In this document: positions 1 to 9,277 of the stretch, one piece after another | Numbering within the stretch: position 1 is the first letter of the stretch | Layout: every line of letters starts with the position of its first letter | Assembly: GCF_000012925.1 (NCBI RefSeq) | Contig: NC_007517.1 | Location: 1,080,001 to 1,112,000, forward strand | Length of the DNA: 32,000 bases | Direction: 5' to 3' | Origin: Geobacter metallireducens GS-15 | Lineage (GTDB): Bacteria; Desulfobacterota; Desulfuromonadia; Geobacterales; Geobacteraceae | Notes under the pieces: model-generated | Told to the model about the DNA's origin: nothing | The model's database searches: none | The model's input: only the letters and a program-made list of their open reading frames with translations | Made by a program: the position numbers and the translations under genes

Positions 1-27
1 GACTAACCTTGTGAACGGGAATCACCT

Positions 28-1083
28 ATGTTTTTCTCCAAGAAAAAGGATCTCGTCGGCATCGACATAGGCTCCAGCTCCGTGAAGCTCGTGCAGCTCC
101 GGGAGCAGAAGGGGGCTTGGCAGCTCCTGAATGTCGGCACGATGCCGCTGCCATCCGAGGCCATCGTCGACAATACCCTCATGGACAGCTCGGCCATCGT
201 CGATGCGGTCAAGAACCTCGGCAAGAGCCTTTCCGTCAAGGTCAAGGAAGCTGCCTGCTCTATTTCGGGCAACACGGTGATCATACGCAAGATCAAGCTT
301 CCCGCCATGCCTCCCGAAGAACTGGAGGATCAAATCCGGTGGGAGGCCGAGCAGTACATTCCCTTTGACATCAATGACGTCAATATCGATTTCCAGATTC
401 TCGAGCCCGACGAGGACGATCCCACCCGCATGAATGTGCTCCTCGTGGCCAGCAAGAAGGAAATCATCAACGACTACGTGAATGTTTTCGCGGAGAGCGG
501 GTTCAAACTCGTCATTGTCGACGTCGATTCCTTCGCGGTGCAGAACGCCTTTGAGCTCAACTATGAAAGCGGGCCGGAGGAGGTCGTGGCCCTCATCAAT
601 ATCGGTGCCAGCATCCTCAACCTCAATATCGTCAGGGGGGGGATTTCGCTCTTCACCCGCGACGTCCAGATGGGGGGGAACCTCTTTACCGAAGAGATTC
701 AGAAACAGTTCGCCTTGAGCAGCGACGAAGCGGAACGGGTCAAGCTGACCGGTGATCACCCCGACCAGGAGAAGTTGCGGAGCGTACTGGCGCGAATCAA
801 CGAAACCCTCTCCATCGAGGTGCGCCGCTCCCTGGATTTCTACAACACGACCGCCGGCGAGGGGAGGGTGAGCAAGGTCTACCTGAGCGGCGGCGCGGCT
901 AAAACCGCCATGCTCGCCGATGCGATCCAGGACAAGCTCGGCGTGCCGGTGGAGATGCTCAATCCCTTCAGGAAGATTACCTGCAGCGAAAAGGAGTTCG
1001 ATCCTGAGTATCTCCGGGAGATCGGGCCCCTCGTCACGGTTGCCCTGGGGCTGGCCGCAAGGAGGGTTGGGGACAAATGGTAA
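28..1083 (+). CDS. pilM: Type IV pilus assembly protein PilM (actin-like ATPase fold)
   Basis: 351-aa ORF. The N-terminus (LVGIDIGSSSVKLVQL) and overall layout are typical of PilM. It is first in a pilMNOPQ-ordered cluster. Its stop overlaps the pilN start (ATGGTAA at 1077-1083). Confidence 0.93.
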   Translation: MFFSKKKDLVGIDIGSSSVKLVQLREQKGAWQLLNVGTMPLPSEAIVDNTLMDSSAIVDAVKNLGKSLSVKVKEAACSISGNTVIIRKIKLPAMPPEELEDQIRWEAEQYIPFDINDVNIDFQILEPDEDDPTRMNVLLVASKKEIINDYVNVFAESGFKLVIVDVDSFAVQNAFELNYESGPEEVVALINIGASILNLNIVRGGISLFTRDVQMGGNLFTEEIQKQFALSSDEAERVKLTGDHPDQEKLRSVLARINETLSIEVRRSLDFYNTTAGEGRVSKVYLSGGAAKTAMLADAIQDKLGVPVEMLNPFRKITCSEKEFDPEYLREIGPLVTVALGLAARRVGDKW

Positions 1084-1649
1084 AAATCAACCTGCTCCCG
1101 GTCAGAACGTCGAAGAAGAAGGAGACCGCCAGGCAGCAACTGGCGATTCTCGGCGTCTCGGCGGCTCTCGTGCTCGTTGCCGGCCTTGGCCTCTATGTCT
1201 ATGCCCAGGCAAAGATCAAAGCCACCAAGGAAGAGATTTCCAAGGCTGAAAACGACCTTCAGCAGCTCAAGGTCAAGATCGGCGAGCTGGAAAACATCAA
1301 GAAGCTGAAAGATGAGGTCACGAAGAAGCTCGATGTGCTCGCTCAGCTTCGCAAGGGGAAAACCGGCCCCGTCCGCAGACTCGCGACCCTGAGCGATGCT
1401 ACGCCCGATAAGCTCTGGATCACCAAGTATGCCGAGAGCGGAGCTAGCGTCAGCATCGGTGGGGTTGCTCTCGACGAGGATCTCATCGCCACATTCATGC
1501 GCAACCTCCAAAGATCCGAAGATTTCACGAACGTGGAACTCGTCGTGTCCGAGCAAACGGAGGTCGGCGGCGTGAAGGCCAAGCGGTTCGAGCTCACCTG
1601 TGCCCTGAAGGCGGTCAAGAACCCAGAGCCGCCCGCGCCGAAGAAATAG
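1077..1649 (+). CDS. pilN: Type IV pilus assembly protein PilN (bitopic inner-membrane protein)
   Basis: 190 aa. It has the hallmark N-terminal INLLPVR motif followed by one TM helix (LAILGVSAALVLVAGLGLYVY) and a coiled-coil segment. Translationally coupled to pilM. Confidence 0.9.
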   Translation: MVKINLLPVRTSKKKETARQQLAILGVSAALVLVAGLGLYVYAQAKIKATKEEISKAENDLQQLKVKIGELENIKKLKDEVTKKLDVLAQLRKGKTGPVRRLATLSDATPDKLWITKYAESGASVSIGGVALDEDLIATFMRNLQRSEDFTNVELVVSEQTEVGGVKAKRFELTCALKAVKNPEPPAPKK

Positions 1650-1669
1650 CCACCGGTTAAGGACTCTCC

Positions 1670-2266
1670 ATGGATCCGAGAATCGAAAAACTGCTGAAGC
1701 TTCCCAAGAAACAGAAGATTGCTCTTCTGGTCGCTATCCTGCTTTTTGAAGGTGCTGCCCTCTACTGGGGGCTCTTTCTGCCGCGGCAGACGGAGCTCAA
1801 GGAGCTTCGCGGCCGGCTGGAAGGGTTGCAGAACGAGGTGCGGGAAAAGGAGAGGATCGCCAACAACCTTCCCAAGCTGAAGCGCGAGTATCAGCAACTG
1901 CAGAAGGATCTCGACCTGGCCCTCACCGAACTGCCGAACCAGAAAGAGATACCCTCCCTACTGACCGGCATCACCAGTGTCGGCAAGAGCGCGGGTAACG
2001 ACTTCCTTCTCTTTAGGCCGAAACCTGAAGTTTCCAAGGACTTCTATGCCGAAGTGCCGGTTGATATCTCCATTTCCGGCACCTTCCACAGCGTTGCCAA
2101 TTTCTTCACCGCCGTGGGAAAGCTGCCGAGGATCGTCAATATCACCGATGTCTCCTTTGCAGACATTAAGCAGGCGGGAGGCAAGACCAGCGTCAAAGTG
2201 AACTGTCTCGCCACGACGTTCCGTTTCCTCGACAAGAAAGAGACCAAGGATGACAAGAAGAAATAG
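1670..2266 (+). CDS. pilO: Type IV pilus assembly protein PilO
   Basis: 198 aa with an N-terminal TM helix, a coiled coil and a C-terminal ferredoxin-like region. Position between pilN and pilP. AAGGA RBS upstream. Confidence 0.87.
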   Translation: MDPRIEKLLKLPKKQKIALLVAILLFEGAALYWGLFLPRQTELKELRGRLEGLQNEVREKERIANNLPKLKREYQQLQKDLDLALTELPNQKEIPSLLTGITSVGKSAGNDFLLFRPKPEVSKDFYAEVPVDISISGTFHSVANFFTAVGKLPRIVNITDVSFADIKQAGGKTSVKVNCLATTFRFLDKKETKDDKKK

Positions 2267-2798
2267 CACCAGCATGCTCCTCCTTGCCGCAGCGGCCTCA
2301 CTGGTCCTGGCGTGCGGAGGGTGCAAAAAGGCCGAAGAGAGTCCCCCGCCGGCCCCCCCCGCGAAACCGGCCAACCCGGTCAAGCCTCCCGTGCAGGCTC
2401 AGGCCTCGTCAGCCCAATCCGTGGCAAGTGTTAATCCGTCACTGGATTTTTCCGGCCGCAAAGATCCCTTCAAGCCGTTCATTCAACCCAAGGCCGAGAA
2501 ACCGGCCGCTGCCAGCGGCTCCATTCCCGCCGCCGGCGCACTTCCCATCCAGGGCTATCCGGTGGAGCAGTTCAAAGTCTCCGGCATCATTGCCGGATTC
2601 AAGGAAAACAAGGCTCTTATCGTCGACCCAGCCGGCAAGGGATACGTGGTCAAGGCAGGGATGAAAATGGGCAACAACAATGGCGTGATAATGAGAATCA
2701 CCCCGTCATACCTTGAAGTTGCTGAACGCGTCAGGAACGACGTCACCGGCAAAATAAGCCGGCGGTTGGTGAAACTCGCCCTGCCAAAGAAAAACTAA
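2250..2798 (+). CDS. pilP: Type IV pilus assembly lipoprotein PilP
   Basis: 182 aa. Signal peptide with a lipobox-like LVLAC|GG, an Ala/Pro-rich linker, the RKDPFKPF motif typical of PilP, and a C-terminal beta domain. Overlaps the pilO stop by 17 nt. An alternative ATG at 2274 is possible. Confidence 0.85.
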   Translation: MTRRNSTSMLLLAAAASLVLACGGCKKAEESPPPAPPAKPANPVKPPVQAQASSAQSVASVNPSLDFSGRKDPFKPFIQPKAEKPAAASGSIPAAGALPIQGYPVEQFKVSGIIAGFKENKALIVDPAGKGYVVKAGMKMGNNNGVIMRITPSYLEVAERVRNDVTGKISRRLVKLALPKKN

Positions 2799-2820
2799 CA
2801 GGCTGCCAAGGAGACTCCCC

Positions 2821-5433
2821 ATGAGAATCCAACTCACAATATCCCGCAACCTTGCCTTTCTGTCCCTGTTGGGCGCGTTGTGCGGCTGTGCCGCCACTAA
2901 CGCCTCCGTTATGGGCGACAAGGAGACGAGCCAGTCCTCGGCTCCGGTGATCCGGGACATCCGCGTTACGGGGGAGGGAGACAATGCCCAGGTAAGCATC
3001 TCGGCTAACCGTCCCCTCGCGTACACTTTTTACATGGCGGCGAATCCTCCCAAGGCGGTCGTAGATCTTGCCCAGGTGCAACCGGGTGCCTTTTCCGCGC
3101 CCATGGAGATCAACGCCGGAAACATCAAGCGGATTGCCACCACCCGTGTGGGTGAGGGGGAAGCCGCCATGACCCGGGTAGAGGTCTTCCTTGCCCGGGA
3201 TGCGGAGATGACGGCTGCCACGGATCCCGCCGACAAGGGAACAATGCGTCTGGCCTTTGTCCCCCCGCCGGTTCCTGCTTCTGCCGCACCGGCCAAAGCC
3301 GAGCCGCCGGCGCCTGCCGCTGCGCCGGAACCGGTAGCTCCGCAGCCCGCTAATACGCCTGTAGCTGCAGAACGTAAAATCGCCGATGCCATCACCGCCA
3401 TTACTCCCCGTAAAGACTCCCTTGAAATCCGGACCACGGGCGAGGTGGCCGATTTCAAGACGTTCCGGCTCACGAAGCCCGACCGCCTCGTGCTCGATGT
3501 CTTCGGCGTCAAAGCGGCCCTGGCCCAAAAGGTTGTGCCGGTCAACAGCCTTGGGATCGAGACCGTCCGGGTAGGCGCCTATCCCGACAAGGTGCGTCTT
3601 GTCCTCGATGCTTCAGGTGACACCCTTCCCGCCTTCACGGTGGAGAAGACCGCCGCCGGCCTCGCCGTGGTTCCGTCATCATCCCCGGCTGCCGTCGCGG
3701 CGAAGTCTCGTGAGTCCGAGCAGACGACACCCGCCCTTGTGACGGGCGCGGCTCCCAAGGCGGAAGCCAAGCCCGTTGTGCATGCCGGGGCACCTGAAGT
3801 AGATTCGATAGAATTCAAAGTGGTGGATGCCATCTCCCGCATCGCCATTGAAACGACTGCCCCGTGCAACGCTGAAAAGCCAGTCAAGTCCGCCGAAGGT
3901 CTGACGCTTACTCTCAAGAACTGCATTCTGCCGCGGAAATGGCAGCGGCATCTCGACACGAGCGCTTTTGCCAGCGTTGTCCAGAAGGTGACCCCCTACC
4001 AGGTCAAGGTAAAGGGGCGTCACGACGTGAAAGTGCAGGTCGCGTTACGGAGGCAGACTTCCTATGAGTTGCGCAGGGAAGGGGGAGTCATTTACCTTGA
4101 CCTGAAGAATCCGGTTGATATCACTGCGGCACCGGTCGCATCGGAGCCGGCCAAGCAGACCGAGTCTGAACGGTCCGCTCCTGTGGTCGTCAAATCACAG
4201 GCTGTTTCACCGACGGCAGCCGCGGACGGGAAAAAGGTCTACACGGGGCGCCGGGTCACCCTCGAATTCTCCGATGCCGATATCAGGAAGATCTTCCAAC
4301 TTATTGCCGAAGTCAGCAATCTGAACTTCATCGTCGGTGACGATGTCACCGGCACCATCAGCCTAAAGCTGGTGAACGTTCCCTGGGACCAGGCCCTCGA
4401 CGTAATTCTTGAGAACAAGGGGCTCGGGATGCAGCGGGACGGCAACATCGTTCAGATCCGTCCCAAATCCAAAATCATGACCCTTGCCGATGAAGAGCAG
4501 AAGGCCAAAAAGTCCCGCGAACAGGGGATGGAACTCAAGACCGAGGTCTTTGACGTCAACTATGCCGCAGTGGGCGATGTGGTCACCCAGTTCAACACCC
4601 TCAAGAGCGAGCGGGGGATGATTTCCCAGGATGCCCGCACCAACCGGGTCATCGTCAAGGATATCGCACCGGTGGTGGCGGAGATGAGGAATCTGCTGAA
4701 GAGTCTCGACATCCCCGAGAAACAGGTAATGATCGAGGCCAGAATCGTTGAGGCGAGTTCCACTGTCACTCAGGAACTCGGCATTCAATGGGGCATACAC
4801 GCTCGTGATGCGAATACTATTGGCGTGACGAATGCTGACGTGGGGTTTGGTGGAATCCTCACCGGGCTTGCGCCAACTGCGGGTACATTCGGTCCTGGTG
4901 CTGCGGCCGGCATAACATTTGGGAAACTCATTTCCGGCGGGTCCCTTGACCTGAAACTGTCCGCATTGGCTTCGGGAGAGAGGATAAAGATAATTTCATC
5001 GCCCAAAGTCGTGACCCTTAACAACAAAGCAGCCAAAATATCCCAGGGACAATCTATTCCTTATTCGACTGTCTCTGCTGAAGGGACGAAAACAGAATTC
5101 GTTGAAGCGGCATTGACGCTGGAAGTGACGCCCCACATTGCTTCCGATGGAAGCATCAGTATGAAGATCAAGGCGACTAACAACTCTGCTGCGCCAGCAC
5201 CGACAGGGGCTGTTCCGGCAATAAACAAGAAAGAGGCGACCACAGAGCTTTTGGTAAGGAATGGTGAAACCACAGTTATTGGCGGGATTTACGTGGATAA
5301 TGATTCTCAGGCTGATCAGGGCGTCCCGTTCTTTAAAGATATCCCATTGCTTGGCTGGCTGTTCAAGTCAAGCAATACGCAAAAAATCAAGAACGAACTG
5401 CTAATTTTCATTACTCCTAAAATCGTTCTGTAA
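2821..5433 (+). CDS. pilQ: Type IV pilus secretin PilQ with N-terminal AMIN-type repeats
   Basis: 870 aa with a signal peptide and three AMIN-like modules separated by Ala/Pro-rich linkers. These are followed by an N0/N1 region (VTLEFSDADIRKIFQLIAEVSNLNFIV...) and a C-terminal secretin domain (VMIEARIVEA..., PKVVTLNNKAAKISQG, VIGGIY..., VPFFKDIPLLGWLFK, ELLIFITPKIV). AAGGAG RBS 8 nt upstream. Confidence 0.95.
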   Translation: MRIQLTISRNLAFLSLLGALCGCAATNASVMGDKETSQSSAPVIRDIRVTGEGDNAQVSISANRPLAYTFYMAANPPKAVVDLAQVQPGAFSAPMEINAGNIKRIATTRVGEGEAAMTRVEVFLARDAEMTAATDPADKGTMRLAFVPPPVPASAAPAKAEPPAPAAAPEPVAPQPANTPVAAERKIADAITAITPRKDSLEIRTTGEVADFKTFRLTKPDRLVLDVFGVKAALAQKVVPVNSLGIETVRVGAYPDKVRLVLDASGDTLPAFTVEKTAAGLAVVPSSSPAAVAAKSRESEQTTPALVTGAAPKAEAKPVVHAGAPEVDSIEFKVVDAISRIAIETTAPCNAEKPVKSAEGLTLTLKNCILPRKWQRHLDTSAFASVVQKVTPYQVKVKGRHDVKVQVALRRQTSYELRREGGVIYLDLKNPVDITAAPVASEPAKQTESERSAPVVVKSQAVSPTAAADGKKVYTGRRVTLEFSDADIRKIFQLIAEVSNLNFIVGDDVTGTISLKLVNVPWDQALDVILENKGLGMQRDGNIVQIRPKSKIMTLADEEQKAKKSREQGMELKTEVFDVNYAAVGDVVTQFNTLKSERGMISQDARTNRVIVKDIAPVVAEMRNLLKSLDIPEKQVMIEARIVEASSTVTQELGIQWGIHARDANTIGVTNADVGFGGILTGLAPTAGTFGPGAAAGITFGKLISGGSLDLKLSALASGERIKIISSPKVVTLNNKAAKISQGQSIPYSTVSAEGTKTEFVEAALTLEVTPHIASDGSISMKIKATNNSAAPAPTGAVPAINKKEATTELLVRNGETTVIGGIYVDNDSQADQGVPFFKDIPLLGWLFKSSNTQKIKNELLIFITPKIVL

Positions 5434-5464
5434 TGAACAGGGTTCCATAAAGACAATTTTTACC

Positions 5465-5496
5465 ATGCCAGGGGTATCCCCTGGCATTTCTTTACT
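5465..5496 (+). terminator. Hairpin plus T-rich tail between pilQ and aroC (possible partial intrinsic terminator)
   Basis: ATGCCAGGGG-tat-CCCCTGGCAT is a perfect 10-bp inverted repeat, followed by TTCTTTACT. It starts 32 nt after the pilQ stop. Confidence 0.5.
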
Positions 5497-5508
5497 AAAG
5501 AGGTGAGT

Positions 5509-6690
5509 ATGCTCCGCTACCTGACCGCCGGCGAATCCCACGGCCCGCAACTGACGGCCATCATCGAGGGAATTCCCGCAGGCCTGAAAATTTCCGAAGA
5601 AACCATCAACGTGGATCTGGCCCGCCGGCAGGGGGGCTACGGCCGTGGGGGCCGGATGCTCATCGAGAAGGATCAGGTCCAGATCCTCTCCGGGGTCCGG
5701 TGGGGTGAGACCATCGGTTCCCCTGTGACCCTCTGCGTGGTGAACCGCGACTGGGTTAACTGGCAGGAGAAGATGTCGCCCCACGAGCGCCACCGGGATG
5801 ATAAGATCCGCGTCACCCGTTCGCGTCCCGGCCATGCCGACCTTCCCGGAGCCATGAAGTATAACCACCGCGACGTCCGTAACATCCTGGAGCGTTCCAG
5901 CGCCCGGGAGACTGCCATGCGGGTGGCGGTGGGCTCCGTTGCCCGGGCATTTCTGGCCTCCTTTGGTGTCACGGTGAGCGGCTTCGTGGTGGAACTCGGG
6001 GGGATAAAGGCCGAGCGGCGTGGCCTCTCCTCCGACCGGCTCCGGGAACTGGCTGCCAAGTCCGAACTTGCCACCTACGACCCCGAGGCGGAAGCGCGGA
6101 TGAAGGCTTTTATCGACTCGGTGAAGGATGCCGGCGACACGGCGGGCGGGGTCGTTGAGGTGGTTGTGACGGGAGCCCCGGTGGGACTCGGCAGCCACGT
6201 CCAGTGGGATCGCAAACTCGACGCCCGCCTCGCCATGGCGGTCATGAGCATCCAGGCCATCAAGGGGGTCGAGATCGGCCTCGGCTTCGAGACGGCCCGC
6301 CGCCCCGGCTCCCAGGTTCATGACGAGATCTACTTCGACTCCTCCCGCATCGCCCACGGTGAGGCCACGGGATTTTTCCGCAAGACCAACAATGCCGGAG
6401 GCATCGAGGGGGGGATCACCAACGGCGAGGAGATCGTCATCCGCGCGGCCATGAAGCCGATCCCGACCCTCTACAAACCCCTCAGTTCGGTGGATATGCT
6501 CACCAAGGAGCCCTTCGAGGCCACGGTAGAGCGCTCCGATGTCTGCGCCGTGCCCGCCGCCGCCGTGGTGGCCGAGTCGGTGGTGGCCATCGAGATTGCC
6601 AGCGCGTTCCTGGAGAAGTTCGGTGGCGACTCCCTTGCCGAGATACGGCGCAACTACGATGGCTACCTCGACTATCTCCGCTCCTTCTAG
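5509..6690 (+). CDS. aroC: Chorismate synthase
   Basis: [15 protein letters not shown]... N-terminus plus conserved [11 protein letters not shown] and RSSARETA motifs. The track ORF starts at GTG 5503. ATG 5509 matches the usual MRYLT-type start and sits after an AGAGGTG RBS. Confidence 0.95.
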   Translation: MLRYLTAGESHGPQLTAIIEGIPAGLKISEETINVDLARRQGGYGRGGRMLIEKDQVQILSGVRWGETIGSPVTLCVVNRDWVNWQEKMSPHERHRDDKIRVTRSRPGHADLPGAMKYNHRDVRNILERSSARETAMRVAVGSVARAFLASFGVTVSGFVVELGGIKAERRGLSSDRLRELAAKSELATYDPEAEARMKAFIDSVKDAGDTAGGVVEVVVTGAPVGLGSHVQWDRKLDARLAMAVMSIQAIKGVEIGLGFETARRPGSQVHDEIYFDSSRIAHGEATGFFRKTNNAGGIEGGITNGEEIVIRAAMKPIPTLYKPLSSVDMLTKEPFEATVERSDVCAVPAAAVVAESVVAIEIASAFLEKFGGDSLAEIRRNYDGYLDYLRSF

Positions 6691-6691
6691 C

Positions 6692-7198
6692 GTGCGCAAC
6701 GTCATTCTCACCGGCTTCATGGGGACGGGAAAAAGCAGCGTCGGCAGGCTTCTGGCCCATCGGCTCGGCTTCCGCTACTGCGACCTGGATGCGCTCATCG
6801 TCGAAGGGGAGGGAGTCTCCATTAACGAGATCTTTGCCCGACATGGGGAACCCCACTTTCGGGCTCTCGAAACCGAGGCGGTGCGATCCGTGTCCCGGGA
6901 AGAACGATGTGTCGTTTCCACCGGCGGCGGAGCGGTTATCTCTCCTGAAAACCGTTGTCTCTTGCGGAAGGCGGGAGTTGTGGTGAACCTGACCGCCACG
7001 GTGGAGGAAGTATGCAGGCGGCTGCGGGAGGAGACGGACCGCCCCCTTCTGAAGGACGATCGTTCGGGCGAGCGGATTGCGGCCATGATGGCGGAACGTG
7101 AACAGTTCTACGCGGATGCGGAGTTGAGGATTGACACTACCGGCAAAAGCGTGGAAGATGTGGTCGCTGAAATCACCGGGTACTTGGAAGGAAGGTAG
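6692..7198 (+). CDS. aroK: Shikimate kinase
   Basis: GTG start 2 nt after the aroC stop gives (M)[21 protein letters not shown] with a Walker A motif. About 168 aa, the typical AroK size. The upstream part of the track ORF (6539-) overlaps aroC and is rejected. Confidence 0.9.
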   Translation: MRNVILTGFMGTGKSSVGRLLAHRLGFRYCDLDALIVEGEGVSINEIFARHGEPHFRALETEAVRSVSREERCVVSTGGGAVISPENRCLLRKAGVVVNLTATVEEVCRRLREETDRPLLKDDRSGERIAAMMAEREQFYADAELRIDTTGKSVEDVVAEITGYLEGR

Positions 7199-7199
7199 C

Positions 7200-8282
7200 G
7201 TGGAAACGCTGACGGTAGGACTTGGCGACAGAAGCTACACGATTCGGGGAGGAAGCGGAATCCTCCCGGGGATCGGTGCGTTCTGCAGGGAGTTGGGGCT
7301 GGGGAGGATTGTCGCGGTTGTGACCAATACCACGGTGGGCCCCCTCTACTATGGCCCGGTGGCCGACTCTCTCGCCGCGGCGGGTTTTTCGCCCCTTCGG
7401 GTGGAGCTTCCCGATGGCGAGGAGTTCAAGACCAGTGCCACCATGAACATCATCTACGACGCCCTCATCGACGGCGGGCTCACCCGTGATTCATTCATCG
7501 TCGCCCTCGGCGGCGGCGTGGTTGGTGATATGGCGGGGTTTGCCGCTGCCACCTACCTGCGGGGCATCCCCTTCGTGCAGGTGCCAACCACGCTCCTTGC
7601 CCAGGTGGACAGCAGCGTCGGCGGCAAGACCGGCATCAACCATCCCCGGGGCAAGAATCTTATCGGCGCATTCTACCAGCCCCGTGCGGTTGTCATCGAT
7701 GTGGAGACCCTCACGACGCTTCCCGAGCGGGAGTACTTGGCCGGGATGGCCGAGGTGGTGAAGTACGGAGTCGTTCTTGATCCTCAGCTTTTCGCCGAGG
7801 TGGAGCGGAATATCACGCCGATCCTTGCCCGTGACCGTGACGTCCTCACCAGGATCATTATGGCCTGCTGCGCCATAAAGGCGTCGGTGGTAGAGAAGGA
7901 TGAGCGGGAATCGGGGCTGAGGGCGGTGCTTAACTACGGCCACACCCTTGGCCATGCGGTCGAAACCCTTGCGGGCTACGGAACCTTCCTCCACGGCGAA
8001 GCGGTTGCCATCGGCATGGTGCAGGCCGCCAAGCTGGCCGAACATCGGGGTGAGGCCACTGCCGACGATACCGGCCGGCTCCGTGCGCTTCTGGAGTCCT
8101 TGAAACTGCCGGTGGAGCTTCCAGTCTTCGCCGCAGAGGCCTATCGCGAAGTTCTCCTGCGGGACAAGAAAGCCCGGGATACGGGACTCAGTTTCGTACT
8201 CAACAACGGGATCGGCGGCTTCTCCATCGTCAGGCTTCGGGACCTCTCCGAGGTGATCGACGTCTGCGGGATCGGAGGGTGA
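7200..8282 (+). CDS. aroB: 3-dehydroquinate synthase
   Basis: GTG at 7200, 2 nt after the aroK stop. Motifs [46 protein letters not shown] and [11 protein letters not shown] are typical of AroB. About 360 aa. Confidence 0.93.
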   Translation: METLTVGLGDRSYTIRGGSGILPGIGAFCRELGLGRIVAVVTNTTVGPLYYGPVADSLAAAGFSPLRVELPDGEEFKTSATMNIIYDALIDGGLTRDSFIVALGGGVVGDMAGFAAATYLRGIPFVQVPTTLLAQVDSSVGGKTGINHPRGKNLIGAFYQPRAVVIDVETLTTLPEREYLAGMAEVVKYGVVLDPQLFAEVERNITPILARDRDVLTRIIMACCAIKASVVEKDERESGLRAVLNYGHTLGHAVETLAGYGTFLHGEAVAIGMVQAAKLAEHRGEATADDTGRLRALLESLKLPVELPVFAAEAYREVLLRDKKARDTGLSFVLNNGIGGFSIVRLRDLSEVIDVCGIGG

Positions 8283-8284
8283 CC

Positions 8285-9277
8285 ATGGCACCGGAGAACG
8301 AATCATTCCGAACAGAAATCAAACGCTACGAGGATATTCTTAACGGTGATCCTGCGTCGTACTGCTTTGCCCCTCTGGCGGAACTCTACCGTAAGGCGGG
8401 GCTCCTCGACGAGGCCATCGACACTGCCCGCAAGGGGATAGAACTCCATCCCGACTACGTCGGAGGGTATCTGGCCCTTGGGCGCGCCTGCTTCGACAAG
8501 GGAGAGCAGACGGAGAGCAGGGGCGCCCTGGAGCGGGTCGTTCGGGTAACTCCCGATAACCTCACGGCCCAGAAGCTCCTTAGCCGGATTTACCGTGACA
8601 CCGGTGAGAATGCCCTTGCCCGCAAGGCGTTAGAGACAATCCTCGTCCTTAACCCCGGCGATCAGGAAAGCCAGGCTGCCCTTGACGGTCTTGCTCTGCG
8701 GGAGCGGAGCTTCGAGACGGACACGGACCTGTTTTCCGCTGCAGGGGAGGTTCCGGTTGACGCATCGGCGGGATTTGCTGATGAATTTCTTCTGGAAGAT
8801 GCAGAGATTATCGAAGAGTTAACCGACGAAGTCATCGATGAGGATGTCGATGAGGTGAGCTTTGCCGGAGAGTTCACCGCGGAAGCGGGTTTCGGCGGTG
8901 AACCGCTGATGGTGGAGGAGCACGGGGCAATGGACGAACCCGGTTCCGATCCCCTCGCAACGGCCACCATAGCGGAGCTTTACATCAAACAGGGGTTCCT
9001 GAAGAAGGCCCTCAAGATCTACCGGGACCTTCTTGATGCCAACCCTGGCAACGACGACCTGCGGCAGCGGATCGTCGACCTTAAGCACTGTATCGATGAA
9101 GACGATGCCCGCGCCCGGGAAAATGCCTTCACCGCAGCCATGCCTTTTGGTGAAGAGCTTGCCGAAGCTGTTCATGATAAGGCCGATTCCGTGGGGCGGA
9201 ACGACGCAGTTGCCGTCCTGGAGGGGTGGCTCGATACCATCGGGAGGATGAGACAGTGCCGTTCAGTGAAACACTGA
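8285..9277 (+). CDS. TPR-repeat protein with a central acidic linker (function unknown)
   Basis: N-terminal TPR-like helices (LAELYRKAGLLDEAIDTARKGIELHPDY..., LGRACFDKGEQTES..., LLSRIYRDTGENALARKALE...). A D/E-rich segment (EDAEIIEELTDEVIDEDVDEV). A C-terminal TPR-like unit (IAELYIKQGFLKKALKIYRDLLDANPGN). GGAGGG RBS 5 nt before ATG 8285; GTG 8279 is an alternative start. The start region overlaps the aroB stop. Confidence 0.75.
   Translation: MAPENESFRTEIKRYEDILNGDPASYCFAPLAELYRKAGLLDEAIDTARKGIELHPDYVGGYLALGRACFDKGEQTESRGALERVVRVTPDNLTAQKLLSRIYRDTGENALARKALETILVLNPGDQESQAALDGLALRERSFETDTDLFSAAGEVPVDASAGFADEFLLEDAEIIEELTDEVIDEDVDEVSFAGEFTAEAGFGGEPLMVEEHGAMDEPGSDPLATATIAELYIKQGFLKKALKIYRDLLDANPGNDDLRQRIVDLKHCIDEDDARARENAFTAAMPFGEELAEAVHDKADSVGRNDAVAVLEGWLDTIGRMRQCRSVKH

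Noticed and set aside
2284-3545. Alternative-frame or antisense ORFs within pilP and the Ala/Pro-rich part of pilQ (2284-2664 +, 2743-3528 -, 3030-3545 -)
   Set aside because: They are Pro/Arg/Ala-rich translations produced by GC-rich, low-complexity coding sequence in another frame. There is no independent support.
6539-6691. 5' extensions of track ORFs. The aroK ORF from 6539 is shown here; the same applies to aroB from 7131, aroQ from 9515, pgm from 17839, PxxKW to 17839 and hydrolase::MlaA to 29768.
   Set aside because: The extensions overlap the preceding gene or an intergenic region, lack RBSs and add non-homologous residues. Internal starts with good RBSs reproduce canonical N-termini.
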